From Antedon mediterranea (taxonomy: Eukaryota > Animalia > Echinodermata): 64,000 nucleotides of DNA. The position numbers and the translations under genes were made by a program. Positions 53,875 through 64,000 of the stretch are shown here, in pieces; within the stretch, counting starts at the first letter, position 1, and every line of letters starts with the position of its first letter. The notes under the pieces were generated by a model. It ran no database searches. It worked only from the letters and a program-made list of their open reading frames with translations, and was not told the origin of the DNA. The DNA lies in assembly GCF_964355755.1 (NCBI RefSeq), contig NC_092679.1, forward strand, positions 13,127,432-13,191,431, read 5' to 3'.

Positions 53875-55105
53875 GTGAGGGTGGAAACTGACTTAGTTCA
53901 TATTTCATTACATCGTCTAGAGAGATTTGTCCTAACTGAATTTGATGGAAAGAAAGAAGAGTTCATGTCAAGGCATGAGAACAAACACAAATTTATCAAC
54001 ATGCTTTCATATGAGCTACAGAAAAAAGAATGTCCTGTACGACATGCAGCCAACGAGTGGAGTTGTGGCTTGATGGTTATGATGCTTGGCTACCACTCCA
54101 AGGTCCTGAGTTCAAGTCCCGTCACATGTCAGGATTTTTTCTAAGGACCAAATTACTCCACTCCCAAAGACTTGTAATAAGACTTTGTTTATGTAGAGCA
54201 TCTTGTGTATATGTTTGTCTTGTGAACCTCTGAGGGTCCCTAATGATCAGCAATAGCTGGATGGATCACCCTCATTAAATATGGTTTTTTAAAAAAACAA
54301 AAAAAAACGATGCCGATGTTGACTTTGCTTTGGCAACAGTTGAAGTCTCTGAACATAATACAGTAACTTTGATTGGAGAAGAAACGGACTTACTGGTACT
54401 TTTACTGTATCATGTAAATACAACAAGCCGAGAAGTGTACTTCAGATTAGACAAAGGAAAAGATGGGCATACTAGAGTGATTAATGTAACCAGATTGAAA
54501 TCTGTTTTAGGATATAAAATGTGAAATGCATTACCCATAGTGCATGCATTCACTGGTTGTGATTCGACGTCTAGGATTTTCGGAATCGGCAAGAAAGCAG
54601 CATTTAATAAATTGATTGAAAGTAACCCAGAATATGACATGTGTGCCGATATTTTCACTCAACCGCATCAGAAACTTTAAACTATCGAGGAGTTTGGACT
54701 GAAGGACATGTCTATTCTTTTTCGAGCCAAGTCACTGGATTCCCTGAATAGCTACAGATGCAAGCTGTTTAATAAAAAAAATTGTTGAGGGTAAATCATT
54801 TATCAAACCTAGCCTCAACAACTACCACTACCCTCATCTGCTACAGAATGTCACAGTCAAACCATGCAATGGCTATAGAAAGATAATACCATGGATGCCA
54901 ATAATGACGATGGAAACTGCTGCTCCAGCAGAACTTTGAAAATCATCCATTGTAAATACTGGATGTATGTTGCAATTGTAGACTCTATGGATTGGCATGT
55001 AGGCCTACTTCAGTTTGTGGAGTGTGTCAACTAGAAGAATGGGACAACGTAGATAGAAATATTGATGACGATGATGAGGACGACGAAGTTGGAACAGTTG
55101 TTTAA
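53875..55105 (+). pseudogene. Academ XPG-like nuclease and Cys-rich C-terminus remnant (mirror copy 53292-53834 on the minus strand)
   Basis: NKHKFINML..HAANDADV..GEETDLLVLL..HAFTGCDSTSRIFGIGKKAAF; mirror arm reads KIIHCNCTTGCKTVCCSCRCYGLACTSVCGVC. Confidence 0.8.
54057..54305 (+). mobile_element. tRNA-derived SINE
   Basis: A box tggcttgatgg, B box gagttcaagtcc, A-rich tail, AACGA TSD; removing it restores HAANDADV. Confidence 0.88.
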
Positions 55106-56558
55106 GATGCCGTACTAAATAAATGCACAATATCTAATCAATTGCTGCTATACCGTAATTAGAAATTTAAAAGTTATTATTATATTTGTTTTTGTTTACT
55201 TTTCAGTTTTTTATTTACTATTATTATTAAGATTGTATACAGTATGTTGTGAGCAATTTGAACTTGAACTCATATTCTAAAAGTCTTTATAAATATTACA
55301 GTTATTTGATTCCCAGGAAAGCTCTCTATTTCATAAGTAGATTAGACCATTATACGAAATAAAAATAATTATATTCTGAACAAATTGAGCCATAAATGGT
55401 GTATCTCAGTCAGTCATTATCGAAATATAGCATATCAAGGTCAATGGTCAAACATGTCGTTTCTTGTCATTTGTTGTCAAACTGTTTCATTAGAGTAAAT
55501 ATAAATAAGTATATTCTCAGTATTTAGAGCCCAATTTTAAATCTCTACCACACATAGTTGCCGAGATATGGAAATTCTACATAGATAAAGTTAAAGGTCA
55601 ATAACCTTTACTTCCAAACCATTTTTTGACAAAATGTCTCATTACAATAAATGTAAATATGTACATTCTGAACAATTTGAGCCATCATTTGTTTCCCTAC
55701 GGTCAGTTGTTACCAAGATACAACATATCAAGGTCAAAGGTCAAATTGTCAGAAATGGTATTTCCGGTCATTTTTGGCCAAAATGTTCTATTATAGCGAA
55801 TATAAATATGTATGTTCTGAGTATGTTGGTACCAAAATTATATCAATAGACCAACTAGTTTAGGAGGTATGGCCATTTTCACTTTTTATCTATTTCGACG
55901 GCCATCTTGAAAAAAAACACCTTCCGGGGGTCGAAATTATTGAGACTTTTTTTCTGTTATTTAGTACACCTAATACTACCAAAATCTGTTGAAAAACCTT
56001 TTGTTGCAATTTTTTGAGGTGAAACCTTATTTCTACTCTACTAACATAAAATCTTTGTTAAGCCAATTTCTCGAAATCGTTTATAGCACAGTACATCCAG
56101 ATAACCTCATCAGCAAAACCTTCATATATTATGATTTCCACAGTATTTGGTTCGCCAGTTATAAGATATAACTCTTCGCCATTTTCAAAGTAGAAATGTT
56201 GAAGTTTATTATTAACAAATTAATATTTTTGTAATTTTTCTGGTCTTTGAATTATTAAATATTATTTAAAAATCCAATTTATTTCATAAACCTTGCATCA
56301 TAATGTGAAAACATTTTTTGTGTCTCAATTATACATAATCAAGTATTTAATTCATAAATGTCCCGTCCGACGTTTCAGGTTATTTTTTTTAATTATTTGA
56401 GAAGTAATGATAACAAAATCGTATTATTTCATTTTCTCATTAGACTATATCATTTACTTATTATCATGATACAAAAAGTTCCAGTCCAGTTTGCAGTGTA
56501 TGTTTACCCTAAAAGATAAACATTTATTATTCAACTATGTTTACCTTTACTCTTATAG

Positions 56559-57681
56559 GGAGTCGGATTTGTCATGTTTATGTTCCATTGTTGGTGACAT
56601 TGATTGCAGTCCCGGCGTAGATCCATTTTCTTCATGTGAAGATTTACTAGAAAGTGAATACATACGGATATTGATGTGGATTATTGTAATTTCAGCAGTT
56701 AGTGGCAATTTAGTCGTTATCATATCACGACAGTGTAAAAAGGATAACAACACAAGTAATGATAACGAAATTAATAAAGTGCAAACCACACTCATCACCA
56801 ACCTTGCCGTGTCTGACCTGCTAATGGCAGTCTATTTGATTATCATTTTAAGTGTAGATATGTATTACAGAGGGCGATATGCAAAATTTGACTCGGATTG
56901 GAAAGAGAGTTTTCTTTGCAGTGTTGCTGGTGCAATTGCAATTCTCTCTGGTCAGTCTTCGGTTTTTACATTAATGCTTCTGAGCATCGACCGTGCTATA
57001 AACATCGCTTATCCATTTAGTACCAAACGTCTTTGTTGCAGAAACTGTAGAATTATTATCGGAATTGCATGGCTATGTTGGATTGTGCTCAGTTTTCTTC
57101 CACTAATAGCTAACTTCATTGATTTAGGCTGGTATTATTTTGGATATAATTTTGATAGATTAAATTCTAATAGTTATTATTATTATGGAGTGAAAAGCGT
57201 GTGCCTTGCACTACCGTTATCAAAAAGCCATTGGCCAGGCTGGGAGTATGCTTTTGCTATCTACATCGGATTCAACTGTTTAGGTTTTATCATCATCGCT
57301 GTGAGTTATGTAATCATTTTCGTGTCTATCAAGCGCTCATCAGCAGGTGCTAACAGAAAACGAAGCAGAAAAGAAGATATCAAACTAGCAGTGAAAATAG
57401 GTTTTCTCATTTTCACAGATTTTTGTTGCTGGTTTCCTATTGTATTGATGGCAATTGGTTCTGAACTGGATTGGTGGGCACTTCCTGTGGAAATATATGT
57501 TTTTTCAGCGATGTTCATCATACCAATTAACTCCTCGGTCAATCCCTATCTTTACACAATTATCGATTGTTGCTTTCAGAAACCAATTGTTGCCAATACC
57601 AATCGAACACGGCCGGTGGCTGTTATACAGCTTCAGGAAATGAGACCTAGAAATACTGACAGATACAATTTAAACATGTAA
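56559..57681 (+). CDS. Terminal exon of a leucine-rich-repeat GPCR (LGR type C / GRL101-like): hinge + 7TM
   Basis: Phase-2 acceptor tcttatag|g; CSP..FSSCEDLL, GNLVV, NLAVSDLLM, SIDR, VCLALP, TDFCCWFP, PINSSVNPYLY; uninterrupted ORF. Confidence 0.95.
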
Positions 57682-58099
57682 AACTTTTGCCATTTATTTC
57701 TTATAAAAATGCGGGTAAATCCTTTAGTAAGCATTAGTTTGCAATATTTTAACACGGCATTTCTGTCTAATATTTGTTTAGGAAAAAATAGAATTCATTG
57801 TAATCGCTTTAGGAATGTCATCCTGTTGAATGCATTTCATAGAAAAAAGAGAGAATTACTTTACAATGACGAATATTCTTGTTTTACTTACTTTTTTAAA
57901 ATATCATTTTGTTTCTTTCTTTCAGTTTATATTGTTTATGTATATTTTTGTCAAATATGAAGAAACTATTTTTCCACTTAGTAAGATGTTCCTGTCTACT
58001 ATTTTTGACAAAAAACGGTCACATGAGTGAAATCATTTTAAAAGTGTATACTATTACTACTATCACTATTATATAGGAAAATTCTAACTTTTTTTTTTC

Positions 58100-61000
58100 T
58101 AAGTTTTACATATAATCGTTTTAAATCGTGGCGTACTTGTGTTGTGAACATGTTGTGGAACTACAGTTTGGTGATATTTATGTGTTATTTGATTGTTTCG
58201 TCGACTATCAAATTGGTTGAAGCTAAGCCTACAACTGTTGTCTATTCTCGCTGCCTGCTGTTCACGCTCGGGAAGAAATCCCTTGAAAGCGCGCCAAGCT
58301 CAGAAGATATTGCTCTTTGTCTGCCGGACTGGGTGCCTAAGCGAAACGATCCTACCCGTAAACGCAAAGGCCATCGTGGAGGAATACGACACAGATTACA
58401 AAAGCGAAGAAACACTCTAGCATTACCGCAGATTACTTTTACAAATACGAGGTCAGTACTGAATAAAATCGAAGAATTTCAGAGCCTAGTCAAATATGAT
58501 ACATACTTTACAAACTCATGCATAATTGATCTTATCGAGACCTGGCTAAAGACGGAAACTCCTGACAGTGCTGTAGATTTAAATGGTTTCCAATTATTCA
58601 GAAATGACCGGATCCCAGAACTATGCGGCAAGAAATGCGGAGGAGGTCTAGGTTTATATATAAACAGAAATTGGTGCACAAATATTACTGTAAAAAAATC
58701 AATCTGTGAGAGAAATATCGAGCTTTTATGCATATCGCTTAGACCGTACTACCTTCCTAGGGAGTTTAATCAAATCCATGTGATCCTGATTTATATTCCA
58801 CCCGATGCAAATGCGGATGAAGCCGCTCGTATTGTCGGAGATACTGTGAGTAATATATCAGAGGCGTCCCCTGATTCTCCTAAATTCGTACTTGGAGATA
58901 TAAACCACAGCGGTAAAGAAATAAAGAAAGCGTTGCCTACTTTCAAAAAGTACGTTGATAAACCTACTCGAGACGGGAATATCCTGGACCAGTGCTTCTG
59001 TAATTTAAACAAAGCCTATAGGTGTATTATCAACGCTCCTATTGCAAGTTCTGATCATAACGTCGTTACCCTATTACTAACATATAGACAAAAAATTAGA
59101 GCGGAAAAGCTTACCAGTAAAATAATTAAAGTTCGAAATAGTGAGGCAATAGAAAAGCTACAGGAATGTTTCCAGTCTACTGATTAGACTGTCCAATACA
59201 AATACTTAGGTACTATAATTGACAACAAATTAAAATGGGAGTCAAACTCTCTCATGATTTCCAAGAAGGCATCTCAAAGGCTCTACTTTCTCAGAAAACT
59301 CAAGCAAATTAGAGTTGATAACACTATTTTAATTCTATTTTATCAAAGTATTATTCAAAGTATTTTATCTTTTAGCATTGGATGTTTTTATGGTAACTTT
59401 ACTGAAAATGATAAGAAAAATATTGAGAGACCACGTAAAATTGTACAACGTATTATTAAAGCTGATCTTACGCCTTGTTCATTTATCTATGAAAAGAGTA
59501 TTCTAAAAAAAGTAAACAATATTATGAAAGACCCCACTCATCCGTTACATTACTGTTTGAACTTTGTAGAACTAGAAAATCCTTCGTTGTAAATAGCATT
59601 CATATTTTTAATTCTAATGTAAGACGTTAATGCAATTTTTAATAGTTTTACATTTTTAACAGTATTTTTAACTTTTTATCTTGTATTTTTAATCTGTTAT
59701 AATACTGCACGTTTTTAAATTGTTGCAATATTGTTGTTTTAATCTACCAAGCAAAGTGAATTTCCATTTTTATGGACAAATAAAATTTCTTGAATCTTGA
59801 ATCTTGAATCTTGATTGGTCAGCACTTATTGATTCACCCAGTGACCTTAATTAAGCAGTACAAGTTGTGAATGATTATATCTCATTTTGCGAGGAATTAT
59901 GTGTTGAAACTAAACGTGTCACCTTTTATCCAAATCAGAAGCCTTGGTTTACGCATCAAGTCAAAGCACTCATTCGCGAACGATCAAATGCCTTTAAAAG
60001 TGGTGATACAGTTCGCATTAAATCTATAAAAGCAGAAATAAAGAATGAGATAAAAAGAGCAAAATATTTATTTAAAGGAAAGCTTGAAAATTCCATGAAA
60101 TCTGGAGATGCCAAGGCTGCCTGGAATTGTATGAATATTATGTCTGGTGTTAAAACAAAAAAGAAGATGGACCTTTCGCTATATAATGACGGTGATAAAT
60201 GTGTTAATGACCTAAACAAGCACTTTGCGCGATGTGAGAATGCCAGTCCTACCAATTGTACCAATCTGACTTAAAATATTATTACTAGCGAACAAGTTAA
60301 GATTCAGCCATGGAAAATTGAAAAGTTGTTCAAAAAAGTTAAACGAAATAAAGCAACTGGTCCTGATAACATTAGCGGCTGTATTCTGAGGACATGTGCC
60401 CATGAACTGTCTATTCCTTTTACCAAACTGTTTCAACTGTCGTTAGATAATCATATTGCACCATCGGTCTGGAAAGATGCATCTATTATTCCAGTACCCA
60501 AAATTTCAAACCCTAAGATTTTGAATGACTACCGCCCAATAGCCTTAACCTCGACAGTGATGACATGTTTTGAAAAATGTATGTGTAATAACTTAATTAT
60601 TACTCCCTTATCCCATTTAATTGATCCATATCAGTTTGCATACCAATCATGCAGATCTGTCGATGATGCGATCCTAACTGTTACCCAACTGTTAAACCAG
60701 CATACAAATAACTTAAGTTGTTCTGCGAGAGTAACCTTTGCTGACTTCTACTCAGCATTTAATACCCTTAATCCTGCCATCTTAATAGATAAGTTGAGTA
60801 AGTTAGAGGTGAACCCATCCATAATTAAATGGATTGAAAGTTTCTTATGTAATCGAACACAGAAGGTATCTCTTGGTAACTATAAGTCGAGTGTGATCAA
60901 CACGAATATAGGATCACCCCAAGGATGTGTGTTAAGCCCCCTCTTATTTATTTTATATACCAATGACTGTAAGTCAACTTCTAGTAGCATACATTATTTA

Positions 61001-61901
61001 AAATACGCGGATGACACCACCATTGTTGGCCTATTAAAAAACAGAGCTAGTGAAATTGAATATCAAGATGAAATCGTTGCTTTTTCGAATTGGTGTAAGG
61101 CAAATTGCTTCTTACTAAACGAAAAAAGAACCAAAGAAATAATAATTGATTTTCGAAAAAAATTTACTCCTCTGACTCCCCTAAAAATTAATAATCAGGA
61201 AATTGAATCTGTTGAAAGCTACAAAAACCTAGGTGTGACTGTTGATAACAAATTTAGCTGGGAGAAACACTATAAAAAAAGGATACACGACTGTTCTTTC
61301 TCAGAAAACTGAGAAATTATGGGGTAGATAGAACTGTATTAAATTTATTTTACTCTTCGATAGTTGAGAGTGTGCTCACTTTCTGTTGTGTTGCCTGGTT
61401 TTGTGGATGTAGAACAGAAGAAAAAAACAGATTACAACGAATATTAAATAAAGTAGGTAGGATCACAGGATCTAGACATAATTTGGATGACCTTTGCAAC
61501 AGAATCATAAGAAATAAGGCTATGAAAATATGCGACGACTCAAACCACCCTTTAAATAAATATTATGTTAAAATGAGATCAAAAAGACTAAATGTGATGA
61601 GATCGTGCAATAGTAGGGTAATGCGATATTTTAATTCTTTTGTTCCGTATTCCATTAGACTGTTAAATGATATTGCATAATTTGTAATGTTTGATGTATT
61701 GCAGTTTTTTTTATTATATATATAGTCAAAAGTAGTTTTGTGTTCATACTTAGTACATTGTTAAATAATATATAGTGTTTTTAAATATTGAAATTAATTA
61801 TTTTTTATGAAACGTTTTATATATTTTTGTACTATATTGTGAAAAGCACTCAAAAATATTTTCCTATGTGGACGAAATAAAGTTGAATTGAATTGATTGA
61901 A
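58100..61901 (+). mobile_element. Rex1/Babar-type LINE (APE + RT), degenerate
   Basis: ETWL..GGGLGLYINRNWC..LRPYYLPREF..SDH; NDYRPIALTS..QFAY..SAFNT..GSPQGCVLSPLLF..KYADD; tail AATAAAG(TTGAA)n. Confidence 0.9.
59186..59811 (+). mobile_element. 5'-truncated Rex1-type LINE nested in the larger one
   Basis: YKYLGTIIDNKLKW..KKASQRLYFLRKL..DPTHPLH; (TTGAATC)n tail; flanking TGATT repeats; removal restores STDWSAL. Confidence 0.88.
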
Positions 61902-63867
61902 CAACTTTACAGTAGGTCCACGACCGACGACACATCGATTGACCTGACCTAGGTTGATCATCGGTCGTCTCAAATCAAAAACTCGCTATTGATTAAATAT
62001 GGATTCATTAAATAAAAGTTTAGTTTAGAAAAGTGTATGTTTTATAAAACAAATAATAAACATTCTTGTGTATATTATTTATGGTAATGTTAATGATTTG
62101 AGGTATGAAAAACTGAATGAACATTCATTTCGTAATTTTTGTTGTTGTTGTAATTATATAAGTTTAGTGAGTTCTATAATTTTTTAAATTAAAATTGAAA
62201 TTGAAATAAATCATCATTGTTATTTGGGAGTTTTAAATTGTTTATCATATTAAGTATACTTAAATTGTACATTCTGCATTAAGGTACAGTAGTTTCATGG
62301 TTTCTTGATTATTAAACATTTTGTAGATAAAAATAAACCGTCAATGTTTTTAGAAAGTTTAAACTTCATAATTAGACAGTTTGACCACTAAATCATTATA
62401 AAAAATATTTAAAAATGTAGGCCTACATTATTATAATTAATGTTTTTATTTTTTGTTATCTTAGGTGTATCTTTTATTTCCATACATAAGTTCCATATCA
62501 CACATATTTTTCTCTAAAAACATTTTCATTTCAGTACACTATGCATATTATTCTATTAACAATGTTTGTTTTTATCATCTGCTTACATACAAGTTTTTTT
62601 AAAAGTTGTATTCATTTTCCATTATTTTTTTGTTTGTATCTTTTTCTATATAATTTCTACTACTACTGCTTTCCTCTTTTTATACATAATAATCTCTTTG
62701 ACACATTTCCATTAACATTTTTTTTATTAACATAGTTGTTTTTGTTTTTTTTTCATCTACATGCGCATTCGTTTCTTTATATAATTATTATTATAATTAA
62801 TGTTATTTATGTGAAGGATGTGTAGATTAAAAATAACTTATTCAATAGAAAAGGATAGATAAAGTGCACTTTACAGGCATACAGCAATGTGTTTGCCAAT
62901 GCATTAGGCCTACATTGTTTGTGTTTGTCATATGATAAAACTTACTATCGGTATATTAGTTTATATTATACAAATTGCTATAAAGCTATTGCTAAGTATA
63001 TTGATTTGTTTATACTTTTAAGTAGCCTTCATTTTAAAAGATACCGTAATTAAGATATCGTAGATCTTCGTTTTAAAATATTATAGAATTGGTTTGTATT
63101 AATTATGATTTTAATTATAACTACTGTGTCATGATGCACAATTTAACGATTAAAATAAAGTAGAATTAGTTAAAATTGTGTGATGTTGTTTGTATTATTT
63201 GAGTTTGTTATAGGCTTACTTTACTGACAATGATGCGAGTAAACCGGATCACTATCAAATGTAGGTTACAGCGAGCGAGATGGTTCGATAGTGCGAAGGT
63301 GGTTACATAGCTTTACAGCTCAACAAAGATGATCACCACTTGTCTATAACATAAACAATGGTGGTATACAGTTTGACTGTTTTGCCTTCTTAACGCCTAC
63401 ACTTCATCAGACGTGTAGTTCAAAAACTAACACTACAATTGATCTATATAGATACGGTAGTTCTTGGTACAAGGTAAATTTTCCGATTTTTTTTACATTC
63501 ATTCATTCATTCTTCTCTCGTTGTTCTTGTCGTTGCCCATTTCTCATTCCGATCCATATATTTAATAAATATGTACATGTAATAAAATGTAATTCCAGTC
63601 GCCAAAAAATTGCAATGGGCTAAATATGTATAAAGCTTAATACAGTAGGCCTACATTATTCATGCAATTCGGTCAACGAAAATCCCACAACAAAGTGCAT
63701 TATATCTATTTAAGCGCTAATTGATTATAATATATCGACGTACCAGTTTCAAAAACAATCTGGAAGATAGTATTTATTTCGCGAAATTGTCTCCACTGAC
63801 AATTCCACCTTCACCAAATTGTATTCAATGTGAAGTTTTTCAACGTGTGATAGGCCTATTATTCACG

Positions 63868-64000
63868 TGAGTGAGTGAGTGGCCGAGTGAGTGAGTGAGT
63901 GGCCGAGCGGTTAAGACAGTGGAACCGTAATTACGTAGCCATAACATCGGCAGGGGTTCGAGGCTCACTCACTCCATGGTTCTGGTGATAGAACGAGTCG
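63868..64000 (+). mobile_element. tRNA-derived SINE head, truncated by the window end
   Basis: gtggccgagcggttaagac (A box) and ggttcgaggc (B-box-like); duplicated 5' gagtgagtgagtggcc. Confidence 0.75.

Larger units (their letters stand above)
52452..56043. mobile_element. Academ-derived fold-back element in the LGR intron (~1.4-kb inverted arms)
   Basis: Ends TA(C/G)TAGAGTAGAA; arms ~52452-53834 and ~54606-56043 are reverse complements; no clean TSD seen. Confidence 0.85.

Noticed and set aside
52449-56047. CAT target-site duplication for the Academ fold-back
   Set aside because: Requires a 1-bp offset at the right end, so it is not claimed.
56491-56558. N-terminal part of the 396-aa ORF as the protein start
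   Set aside because: Non-ATG start in intron-like sequence upstream of the phase-2 acceptor at 56558.

Overview
AT-rich, repeat-dense eukaryotic DNA; no prokaryotic features or CRISPR. The repeat repertoire suggests a marine invertebrate, possibly an echinoderm (inference). One host gene is supported: a + strand leucine-rich-repeat GPCR (LGR/GRL101-like). Its 7TM exon is at 56559-57681, two LRR exons are at 51887-51961 and 52210-52281, and a probable LRR N-cap exon is at 23371-23485. Most of the rest is layered mobile DNA: an internally deleted CR1; a 9-kb nested/tandem array of Helentron-type non-autonomous elements (HINEs); Harbinger-like and Kolobok-like MITEs; Academ remnants, including a 3.6-kb fold-back; L2 and Penelope fragments; a full-length Gmr1-type Gypsy (IN before RT); an RTEX-like LINE; a Helitron; nested Rex1/Babar LINEs; and several SINEs. 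The most unusual observations are a 5S+tRNA+core+Rex1-tail chimeric SINE, 20-22-bp CAT..CTCCATG micro-insertions with 7-bp TSDs, HINEs sharing one body but carrying three different terminus sets, TA->TAGGCCTA footprints, and tRNA-like cassettes inside DNA-type elements. Family names come from recalled motifs, not database searches.
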